The notes beneath the pieces were generated by a model. The model had not been told where the DNA came from. It searched no databases and saw nothing but the letters and a program-made list of their open reading frames with translations. A stretch of 60,512 nt of DNA, filler included. It is 4 parts of 4 records of this genome, joined end to end, with 100 filler letters (N's around TTAATTAATTAA, not from the genome) between each part and the next. Parts side by side here need not be neighbours in the genome. Positions count along the whole stretch, not along the records: positions 1 to 14,445 come from SRR20825019_412; positions 14,546 to 36,623 come from SRR20825019_417; 2 more parts are not named here. The stretch is one strand, 5' to 3'. The position numbers and the translations under genes were made by a program. This document shows, piece after piece, positions 10,032 to 17,974 of this stretch. Positions within the stretch are counted from its first letter, which is position 1; each line of letters opens with the position of its first letter.

Positions 10032-10487
10032 TTAACAAACTGCTTCATTATAGAGTTTATAAATCAAAGAATATTTAGACGTATAATCCATATTACTTTT
10101 CATTGCTCCATCGAGGTTTTTAAGTCGAATCAGTAATTCGTCAATTAACTCAACATCTTTTGGTAGGTTATTGTCAATAAAATCAAAGTTTTCCAGCAGA
10201 CACTCAGCAACGAAATCATTAGAAATTGTGAATATGAAGGCATACATTGCACCTGTATCATAATTGGAAATTTTATTGTCTTTTATTTCCACTAAGGAGT
10301 TAGCAATTAATCCCAATTCATCTTGTGTCAAGTCTTGAAGGATTCCATGCATCTCCGCCCATTCTTCATATTCAAGTTTTTGTAGCGGGTACAACAAATT
10401 TATATGATCAATATTTCCTAACTCAAGATATTCCAGACTTTTCACAGCCATTTTGATTTGATTGTATATTTGATCAACTATTTTCAT
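10032..10487 (-). CDS. hypothetical acidic cytoplasmic protein
   Basis: 151-aa ORF, no signal peptide, no recognised motif. Confidence 0.65.
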   Translation of the reverse strand: MKIVDQIYNQIKMAVKSLEYLELGNIDHINLLYPLQKLEYEEWAEMHGILQDLTQDELGLIANSLVEIKDNKISNYDTGAMYAFIFTISNDFVAECLLENFDFIDNNLPKDVELIDELLIRLKNLDGAMKSNMDYTSKYSLIYKLYNEAVC

Positions 10488-10523
10488 TCTCTCTTCTAGC
10501 TATACTTGGTTCTCAGTCAATTC

Positions 10524-11066
10524 TTATTTAGTGTACTTCGAAAATACGTTTGCGTAACGATCGTCAAAACTTAATTTTGTGATGTCATTAAAGGCATGAG
10601 TGGTGTTCTTTTCATCTAGTTTTCCAGCGGCATTAAAATATCTAATTGATATTGACTTTGGATTAACACGCATTAACTCTCCAATACAGAAGTATTCGTG
10701 GTCAGGATGTTCACATTCTGATATTACTGTCAACTTGGTTTTTTTAACTCCTTGACAGGCAGATTTCCAACTTGTTAAGTCAATGTCATATTTTAAGCCA
10801 ACAAATTCTAGTAACCCTTCTTTTTTCAATATTCGATGATACGTTCTATCATTGTTATTGTATCGAACGTGAGAAATCGTGTTTATTGGAATAATTTGAT
10901 ACCCTAAAATTCTAAATTCATCGCTCTCTTGAAGTAAAATCAAAGTGTCGGAAATTTTCAAAATGAATCCGGTCGATATTTCACTAGAATCACCAAAGCT
11001 TCTAGTTATTCGAGAATAGAGCTTTTCCGCATGGTGCTTATTTAGTTTTTTCTGTATCGGTGTCAT
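10524..11066 (-). CDS. hypothetical protein
   Basis: 180-aa ORF, co-oriented, 36 bp from the next gene. Confidence 0.7.
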   Translation of the reverse strand: MTPIQKKLNKHHAEKLYSRITRSFGDSSEISTGFILKISDTLILLQESDEFRILGYQIIPINTISHVRYNNNDRTYHRILKKEGLLEFVGLKYDIDLTSWKSACQGVKKTKLTVISECEHPDHEYFCIGELMRVNPKSISIRYFNAAGKLDEKNTTHAFNDITKLSFDDRYANVFSKYTK

Positions 11067-11183
11067 CTGGTGATAGGCTTAATATTTGCTAACGGTTCGT
11101 ACTAGGCGAAGTGACGCATTCTATCGAATGCAATTGTTGAGAACTTAGAGTTGCTTTCATCGAAGTGCGTGTAAGTAACATTT

Positions 11184-11639
11184 TCATTTTACAACAAACA
11201 AAGAGTCAAAGTATTTTTCTTTGATGGGAAATTGACCTATACCAGCATTAATAACTCCCATAACATTCGGGTCTGAAATTACCACACCATCTATTACGTA
11301 AAAAATTTTTTCGTTTAAATTTCTTTTGGTCAACGCTGTATATTCTTTAGTTCCTTCTTCATTAAATTTAAAGCAAATACAAATTTCTCCCGCATAGCAT
11401 TCATCTGAAATTTCCAGCGATTCAAATTTTTCAATGGTGATGGATGGTTTCGATTTTAGTGTATAAGTAGTAGAATCATTGTCAAGCACTTTATGAGTTG
11501 TTCCCTTTGGGTCAAATTCATATATCCCCGTTTGTGAAGATTCCTTCTTAAAAGAAACGATTTTGTCAGATGTACCACATGCTACGAGTAGTACACTCAT
11601 TACTAGGATTCGTATCACATGTTTTGTTGTATTCATCAT
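11184..11639 (-). CDS. lipoprotein resembling a stand-alone SecDF P1 head subdomain
   Basis: Lipobox LVAC; FNEEGTKEYTALTKRNLNEKIFYVIDGVVISDPNVMGVINAG resembles the SecD P1 head. Confidence 0.65.
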   Translation of the reverse strand: MMNTTKHVIRILVMSVLLVACGTSDKIVSFKKESSQTGIYEFDPKGTTHKVLDNDSTTYTLKSKPSITIEKFESLEISDECYAGEICICFKFNEEGTKEYTALTKRNLNEKIFYVIDGVVISDPNVMGVINAGIGQFPIKEKYFDSLFVVK

Positions 11640-11706
11640 TACTATTAACGGTTATGCTGCAGGCAATGTGCCACTTCTCTTGAGTGTAATTGTGCGCCAC
11701 TTTTTT

Positions 11707-12378
11707 TTAGTTCTGTCGATCTTCTCTATAAAGTGGAACGAAATTAGTCCAACTACGATTATGAATATCGTTCAAATCTTTTATTGAAATTTCTAAATTT
11801 TGTTTATCCACTTCTTGTAAATATTGTGGCACATTTTTTTCAAGGGTTAAATCAGTAATATGATTTATATTTCGTTGGATTAATTTTTCTGCCTTATCAT
11901 AATCTCCCTCCAAATAATATTCATAAGCTAATGATTGGATGTAGAAATGGGGAATGACTTCAGAAGGGTTAAATGGATCTTCTAATAGATATGTTAATCT
12001 AAAATCTGAACCTTTAATTGAAAAGTTAAAAACTGCGAAAAGAAATAACAAACTAGTTATAAAGAATCGAACATTAAACTGGATTTTTTTCTGTAAAAAT
12101 CGAAAAATAAATATTGCTACAGCAGTGATAGCAATCCAAAATAACAAACTATACCCTGGCCAATATAAGAACTTAAACAAAAAGAAAAGGGATAGCAGAA
12201 GAACACTAATTGATGATAAAAGCCTTGTTTCTTTATCACCTTTTTCACGAATTAATTGAATTATTATGTCAATGAACGGAAATAAGGGTGAAACAACAAA
12301 AATCAAACCTGTTCCCGGAAAATGTAAAAATCTAAAGATAATTGCAGTTAGGAGTAATATTAGATACGTTATTAACAT
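11707..12378 (-). CDS. membrane protein with GldL-N-like repeats
   Basis: Two motifs FRFLHFPG and FKFLYWPG within TM helices. Confidence 0.6.
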   Translation of the reverse strand: MLITYLILLLTAIIFRFLHFPGTGLIFVVSPLFPFIDIIIQLIREKGDKETRLLSSISVLLLSLFFLFKFLYWPGYSLLFWIAITAVAIFIFRFLQKKIQFNVRFFITSLLFLFAVFNFSIKGSDFRLTYLLEDPFNPSEVIPHFYIQSLAYEYYLEGDYDKAEKLIQRNINHITDLTLEKNVPQYLQEVDKQNLEISIKDLNDIHNRSWTNFVPLYREDRQN

Positions 12379-12410
12379 AGTTCTATTTTTTGGTTGTTTT
12401 CTTCAATTCG

Positions 12411-12470
12411 CCATAACGTTTAGTGTATGCTGCGTGTCCCGAAGAGCATGAAATATACACAATGTTACCA
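12411..12470 (-). repeat. 60-bp attC-like imperfect palindrome
   Basis: Minus strand TGGTAAC-ATT-GTGTAT-...CTTCGG...-ATACAC-TAAAC-GTTATGG, starting 5 nt after a stop codon and ending about 32 nt before the next start. Confidence 0.7.
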
Positions 12471-12475
12471 AACGT

Positions 12476-14164
12476 TTATTTTCGGACTATAATTTTTCCA
12501 GTTTCAATAATTCCTGAATCATCACTTAGTGTAAACGTGTACGTACCATTTGACATATTATCTATTTTGATTTCTTGATTATTTGAATAGTTGTCTATGG
12601 ACATTATTCTTTGTCCCATGATATCATATATACTCAGTAGCCCCCCTACCTTATTAATAAAACTGACACGGAAAGAAATGTTTGTTGGGTTTGGATAGAC
12701 AACTATTGTTTTCAAATATTCATTTTCAGTTATCGCTGATGGTCCCGAGAACTCATGTGCTCCAATGTCATATATTCCATTAACTGGTCTTGGGTTATAT
12801 TCAAAATCATCTATAATATTTGTATTAGTTCCTGCATCAATTGCGATAGACGTGATTAGTAAAGTGAGATTTAACCCTGATAAATTTGTAAAATAGGGAT
12901 CACCAAATACGGAGTTTAAATCTTTATTTAATGTACTTGTGTATGAAGAGGAATCTAAATAAGTATAAATTTGGTTAGAAGGAAAAAAAGCAAATAATGT
13001 ATCATTAGCAGTAGGTTGATACATTACATTATAATCCAATTCATATTGGCCATTTGCACTGTCGTGAAATGCATATATAGTTCGTTGCGCCTCAAAAAAG
13101 ATATTATTCCTAATATAAACAGTGTCAGTTTGAGCAATATTACCACTAATCAATACGTGTACTCCATAATAATCAGGCCGTTGTATTCCCCAGCCACTGC
13201 CAGCAAATAAACAAGTGTTATTTTCAAAATAGATTTCATTGACTGTTGATATTGATGGTTTGCACCAAAATTCAAATGAAGACAAACCACAATTCCAGAT
13301 TAAGTTATTTTGATACTTGATATTATTTTGTGAAACTGGAGTAGTATGATTTTGATTGGTAACTCCAGTATCATATATTTCCCATATTTTACATTTTGAA
13401 ACCGTATTATTTGAAGCATTCCCCCAAAATTCGACACCATTACCATATCTAATTGCACCATCCATATTGAGGTCGCCGCCGCCAATATAAGAGATGTTAC
13501 AGGAATTAATAATAATATTTGATGTATTGCCTCCGCCAAAACCGTGAGCAGCTCCATATTTAATACTCAAATTTTCGAACGTAATAAAGCTTCTATTCTG
13601 ATGGTTAACAATGTCTTTTCGCAATGCAAGTTCTATTTCTGTATAAATGCTTCCAGGATTAGATGTAGAATATATCACTAATTCGTTAGATGATAAATCA
13701 AACCAAAAGTCATTTTGGTTTTGTAATTCGATTAAATTCCACTTTTTGAATCCTACGCTCGTGGCATTGTCAAATAGGATATTTCCTATGTCAGTCGAAA
13801 AAATGGAATCACATTTCCAAATATTCCCTCCAATATTTGTCCAATCTGATATATCGCTAAAATTTAAAGAACCTAAAATATTGGGTTTTTCACCCGTAGA
13901 ATACGCTCCATAATAATTGTTTGCGCCTGGAAAACCACTTTGAGGAATCAATTGTCCTCTCCAAATCTCATTTCGCTTAAAAAGAATAGAGTCGCCAACT
14001 GAAAAAGAAAATGAGTTTATTTTATTCAATGTTTTCCATGCTAAACCGGGTGTTGTTCCTGAGTTAAAATCATTACCAGTATTGGAAGATATATAATAAG
14101 TTGCCGCAATACTTTTAAGCGTTAGTATTGAGATGAAGATTATTAATATTTTTCTGATTTGCAT
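12476..14164 (-). CDS. T9SS-secreted right-handed beta-helix protein (choice-of-anchor Q-like tail)
   Basis: Signal peptide, TYYISSNTGNDFNSG, Asn-rich beta-helix repeats, PRPVNGIYDIGAHEF, VYPNP...GKIIVRK CTD. Confidence 0.85.
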   Translation of the reverse strand: MQIRKILIIFISILTLKSIAATYYISSNTGNDFNSGTTPGLAWKTLNKINSFSFSVGDSILFKRNEIWRGQLIPQSGFPGANNYYGAYSTGEKPNILGSLNFSDISDWTNIGGNIWKCDSIFSTDIGNILFDNATSVGFKKWNLIELQNQNDFWFDLSSNELVIYSTSNPGSIYTEIELALRKDIVNHQNRSFITFENLSIKYGAAHGFGGGNTSNIIINSCNISYIGGGDLNMDGAIRYGNGVEFWGNASNNTVSKCKIWEIYDTGVTNQNHTTPVSQNNIKYQNNLIWNCGLSSFEFWCKPSISTVNEIYFENNTCLFAGSGWGIQRPDYYGVHVLISGNIAQTDTVYIRNNIFFEAQRTIYAFHDSANGQYELDYNVMYQPTANDTLFAFFPSNQIYTYLDSSSYTSTLNKDLNSVFGDPYFTNLSGLNLTLLITSIAIDAGTNTNIIDDFEYNPRPVNGIYDIGAHEFSGPSAITENEYLKTIVVYPNPTNISFRVSFINKVGGLLSIYDIMGQRIMSIDNYSNNQEIKIDNMSNGTYTFTLSDDSGIIETGKIIVRK

Positions 14165-14175
14165 TCTTGTTTTTT

Positions 14176-14300
14176 ATGTTTGGTAACGTTCAAGGCTAGA
14201 ATGACGTGCGCCATTTACACGTTATTAAGTTTTATACTAAAGATAGTTGTTTTCATATAGGATAGTTGTGCGAAGCTTGAATGGAGCATGCATTTTAGGC
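14176..14300 (-). repeat. long attC-like element with imperfect inverted arms
   Basis: Core ATGTTTGGTAAC at 14176-14187; arms GGCTAGAATGACGTGCGCCATT (14194-14215) and AATGGAGCATGCATTTTAGGC (14280-14300). Confidence 0.6.
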
Positions 14301-14347
14301 GATGTGCCTGTTGCACAACTAAATTGTGAATAAACTCCGAAATCCAA
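14296..14347. repeat. dispersed intergenic repeat, copy D (right half only)
   Basis: TAGGCGATGTGCCTGTTGCACAACTAAATTGTGAATAAACTCCGAAATCCA. Confidence 0.75.
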
Positions 14348-14445
14348 AACTAAATCGCTGCACAATCATCCTTATCTTAGATTATGCAAGGACCAAAAAA
14401 TTTCAAGAAAAACTTTTCGCTAATTTTCAATTGAGCGATCGAGTG

Positions 14446-14545
14446 NNNNNNNNNNNNNNNNNNNNNNNNNNNNNNNNNNNNNNNNNNNNTTAATTAATTA
14501 ANNNNNNNNNNNNNNNNNNNNNNNNNNNNNNNNNNNNNNNNNNNN
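14446..14545. other. artificial contig linker
   Basis: N runs flanking TTAATTAATTAA (stops in all six frames), 100 nt. Confidence 0.98.
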
Positions 14546-14547
14546 AT

Positions 14548-14613
14548 CACGGATTGCAAATCCGCGATGACTCTTTTTAAACAATTAAAATTTACGCGGA
14601 TTTCTAATCCGTG
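14548..14613. repeat. inverted REP doublet (REPIN-like)
   Basis: CACGGATTGCAAATCCGCG (14548-14566) and inverted copy CGCGGATTTCTAATCCGTG (14595-14613), 17/19 identical. Confidence 0.75.
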
Positions 14614-14729
14614 GAAACAACACAGCCTCATATCCATTTGCGAAATTCGCAACTCATTAAATTCAATGTGCGTAATTCAGTTCTCTCAAAACACCATCCC
14701 TCGGTAAGTTTGGAGAAAATTAATGAGTT

Positions 14730-15941
14730 ATGAAAAAGATCCTAGTATTACTTACATTCTTTACCGCGCTTCAAGTAAACGCTCAAAACACAACAAAAAT
14801 GAGCATTGCAGTAGCAAAACCATTTGTTAACAATCTGTCCAATTACGACGACGTAACTGTAGCAAAACTAATCCAACTAGAGTTGATAAAACTCGATATC
14901 TATTCTGTTTACGATGAATTTGATATGGCCGAAGTTCTCAAAGTTGATGGAAAAACGATTACCGATTGCTACGGAATTAATTGTCTCACTGACATGGGGA
15001 AAAAACTGAATGCCGACTACATTGTTTCCGGTAGATTTGATGGTTTAAGCGGAAAAATCGCTATTTCACTAAAAGTAATTGACGTAAAAACAGGAAAATT
15101 ACATCGTTCCATTGTAAGAGAATTTGATAACCAAACGGGAGAAGTTCAGCGAATGGTTGAAATACTGCTCAAGGATTTGCATGAAATCGACGTAGATAAA
15201 ATCCTTGCTGAGAGACTTAAATTCAACAATGAAATGATCACTTCGAACAATATTGGAAAAATCAATAATTCTGGTCCAAGAGTTGGCTACGCTTACCTTG
15301 CTGGATCGATGAATGAATTCGCGCTCAGACCTCAAAGTCAAGGTGGACTGGACATTTTTCCTGGCGTAAGCATGATCGGTTATCAAATTGAAAAACAATA
15401 TGTGGGGACAGAAAACTTCTCAGCTTTAGTGGAAGGAGTTTTTAACGTTTCGGGATTAGAGCAAGGTATATTTATTCCAACATTTACTTTAATGAACGGT
15501 TTTCGATTTGGGAAATCAGGTTGGGAAATCGCCTTTGGACCTGGATTTGGAATTAAAAAGACATCCAATGGTTTCTTCGATAGTAAGAATTACTTCGGAG
15601 AAGGAGAAAACACTTATTTCAGTGAAGCCGACTGGGATAGTTATGCGCTTCACAACTTTGGAAGTGATTCATCTTATTACAATGCGGGAAATTTTGAAGC
15701 ACCAACAGCGATTGAAATATCTGGCGATCGAAATTACTCGAACAGCTCCCATTTAGACACGCGTGGGACTTATAAACTCACCACGAACTGGGTTTTCGCT
15801 TTCGGCAGAACCTTTCGAGCTGGAGCGCTAAACATTCCTGTCAATCTCTTCTACTCTAGCACACGAAATGGAGGATTAGCAGGCGTTTCAGTTGGATTCA
15901 ATGTTCAAAAGCAAAAAGAAAACATCCACCGCTATAACTAA
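14730..15941 (+). CDS. exported protein, CsgG/TolB-N-like N-terminal domain plus probable beta-barrel C-terminus
   Basis: Signal peptide; CYGINCLTDMGKKLNADYIVSG...ISLKVIDVKTG; amphipathic beta strands ending GVSVGFN. Confidence 0.65.
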   Translation: MKKILVLLTFFTALQVNAQNTTKMSIAVAKPFVNNLSNYDDVTVAKLIQLELIKLDIYSVYDEFDMAEVLKVDGKTITDCYGINCLTDMGKKLNADYIVSGRFDGLSGKIAISLKVIDVKTGKLHRSIVREFDNQTGEVQRMVEILLKDLHEIDVDKILAERLKFNNEMITSNNIGKINNSGPRVGYAYLAGSMNEFALRPQSQGGLDIFPGVSMIGYQIEKQYVGTENFSALVEGVFNVSGLEQGIFIPTFTLMNGFRFGKSGWEIAFGPGFGIKKTSNGFFDSKNYFGEGENTYFSEADWDSYALHNFGSDSSYYNAGNFEAPTAIEISGDRNYSNSSHLDTRGTYKLTTNWVFAFGRTFRAGALNIPVNLFYSSTRNGGLAGVSVGFNVQKQKENIHRYN

Positions 15942-15954
15942 GAAAAAGTAACAT

Positions 15955-15991
15955 AAACTCGGGCGATTTACCTAGATTGTCCGAGTTTTTT
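15955..15991 (+). terminator. intrinsic terminator
   Basis: AAACTCGGG...TCCGAGTTT stem followed by T run, 14 nt after stop. Confidence 0.7.
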
Positions 15992-16053
15992 ATCTCTACT
16001 CATTTTAAAGATTGAGATTATTTTAGCTAGCTTGGAGAATAATTTATTGATCC

Positions 16054-16596
16054 ATGAAATTCAAACTCCTCATCATTGTTCCTTTTATTGCTTGTCTCTC
16101 TTGCTCAGAAGTGAGGAGTGACACCCCTTCCGAAGGACAAATCTCGTTAACGGAAAAGGCAGAACCGATGAAACAATTAGCCGATGAATCAATAGAAAAT
16201 GTGGGGGGACATTACATAGAAAGCCAAAACAAACTCTATCAACCATTGATTCCCGAAGAAATAAACATTTCAGAGTTCGCCCATCTTCTAAACTCCATGG
16301 ACACAATAATTACCTATTGGAATGGTGAATTCAATGTTTCAATCATAACTTCTTGCAATGCCAAAGGTGATCCCGAAATAGAAGCTTGTAATTGTTCAAG
16401 TAACATTTACATCTCAACTGGCGTTTATGAGCTTCCTAATGAACATCATTTGTTCAGAATCGGTCCATATCATGGACTTGAAATTGATAGCCTGAGTAAG
16501 AAAGAGTTAATGCTCTATTTCAAGCATTCAACTAAAAACAAAAGTGTGAATAAGAAAATCCAAATTCATCAAAAACATGTGAGCATCGCGCATTGA
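16054..16596 (+). CDS. hypothetical lipoprotein
   Basis: 180 aa, lipobox-like CLSC. Confidence 0.65.
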   Translation: MKFKLLIIVPFIACLSCSEVRSDTPSEGQISLTEKAEPMKQLADESIENVGGHYIESQNKLYQPLIPEEINISEFAHLLNSMDTIITYWNGEFNVSIITSCNAKGDPEIEACNCSSNIYISTGVYELPNEHHLFRIGPYHGLEIDSLSKKELMLYFKHSTKNKSVNKKIQIHQKHVSIAH

Positions 16597-16609
16597 ATTT
16601 CAGTTTTTA

Positions 16610-17173
16610 TCAATTCTTCCTAGTGGGAATTTGAAAACCTAACCCAGCTGAAATAAGTAGTTCATCCGTTCGTTGATTCGATAAATGAGTTCCAGAAAGC
16701 TTTGAATTCAAATACGTTAAACGAGCAAAAAAGTTAAAATACTTCCACACGTAGTACGTTGTACCTACTTCTATGGCAAACGAAGGTGAAACCATCACGG
16801 GATATCGATTTCCATCCAGATTTTCAAGACCAGACTTGGTGACAGTCAACCCAGGTGAAAAACCGATGTGCTGATCCCAATTATTTTTATTGAAATGGTA
16901 CATTGCTCCGAAATACGTGTTCACTCTATTCTCGAAAATAGACGAAGCATCATTTCCATTTAAAAATAGGTGAGATTGCCCTTTGAAACTCACTTTTTTG
17001 TCGACAAAATATTCCAATTTACCTGAAAAGTAAAAATTATGTGTATTTCTATTCAACATGCTTGAGGGAGAAAAAGTTACTTCTCCTGCCAACAAACCGG
17101 GTTCAATATAGTCTTGTGAAAAAACAAATCTTGACACAAACCAAATACATACAAAAAGCATTCTTTTTACCAT
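16610..17173 (-). CDS. outer-membrane beta-barrel protein
   Basis: Signal peptide, alternating beta strands, C-terminal ISAGLGFQI. Confidence 0.7.
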   Translation of the reverse strand: MVKRMLFVCIWFVSRFVFSQDYIEPGLLAGEVTFSPSSMLNRNTHNFYFSGKLEYFVDKKVSFKGQSHLFLNGNDASSIFENRVNTYFGAMYHFNKNNWDQHIGFSPGLTVTKSGLENLDGNRYPVMVSPSFAIEVGTTYYVWKYFNFFARLTYLNSKLSGTHLSNQRTDELLISAGLGFQIPTRKN

Positions 17174-17781
17174 AAATCAGCGAGTTTGTAGTTTATTCCT
17201 AAATGAAAAAGCATGTGTCCTTCGAAACCTGTGTGCTGCTCACTATGAAATTCAACGTGTCCATTATGCTGGTGCGCATCAATTTCCTTTCCTAAGTGTA
17301 GCATGTATTGGCCAACCAAGGAAAGATCGAGACGTTCTGTTAAATTGAAGTGTACTCCCGCTCCACCTTGCACCGCAGAGCTAAAACGACTCGCTGAATT
17401 GCTCCAGTTTCTATTCTCTTGTACTTTCGTATAATCGAAGCAATGTCCAGCTAATAAATACGGTCGTACAAATGAAGTCGGATTCTTCGTGGGATAAAAC
17501 AAAACACTCCATCCGATATGGTAATCTGTTCGCTTGGCGTAATCACCAATGTCACTTGAGATATAATCAAAAAACCAATCGGAATTCACTCTGTTCGCAA
17601 ACTGAAGTCTAAATTGACCGCCTACTCCAATTCCTGCGCTTTCATTTTCGTGTCCGTTAAACGCGCTAACAGTAGTTCGAATTCCTAACGAAAATATTCC
17701 TTTTTGATCCGAATTATTGCTTAGGATTTGTGACTGTGCAAATAAAGGAATCACGCTACAAATGAAAATGAGTAAACGCAT
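17167..17781 (-). CDS. outer-membrane beta-barrel protein with His-rich loop
   Basis: Signal peptide, VRPYLLAG, C-terminal LGINYKL, loop HQHNGHVEFHSEQH. Confidence 0.72.
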   Translation of the reverse strand: MRLLIFICSVIPLFAQSQILSNNSDQKGIFSLGIRTTVSAFNGHENESAGIGVGGQFRLQFANRVNSDWFFDYISSDIGDYAKRTDYHIGWSVLFYPTKNPTSFVRPYLLAGHCFDYTKVQENRNWSNSASRFSSAVQGGAGVHFNLTERLDLSLVGQYMLHLGKEIDAHQHNGHVEFHSEQHTGFEGHMLFHLGINYKLADLW

Positions 17782-17922
17782 AGTATATAAATTGGTTGAT
17801 TAATTCTACAACGATCCGTCCAATCAAATATTGTAAAAAATGGAATTAATCCAATCTCCGATCGTTTGCGAATTTACACAGAAATAGCCATTTGAAAAAC
17901 GGATAGAGTTTTTTCTTCCAGT

Positions 17923-17954
17923 AAAAAAGCGAATCCCAAAAGGAACTCGCTTTT
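17923..17954 (-). terminator. intrinsic terminator after fabI
   Basis: AAAAAAGCGA...TCGCTTTT hairpin just downstream of the fabI stop. Confidence 0.6.
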
Positions 17955-17974
17955 CAATTTTTTTTGAGAATCGA

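Noticed and set aside
5463-14347. Repeats as a CRISPR array
   Set aside because: Copies are kilobases apart, separated by whole genes and divergent; no cas genes.
14490-14501. TTAATTAATTAA as a biological motif
   Set aside because: Identical in all three N gaps; a synthetic six-frame stop spacer.
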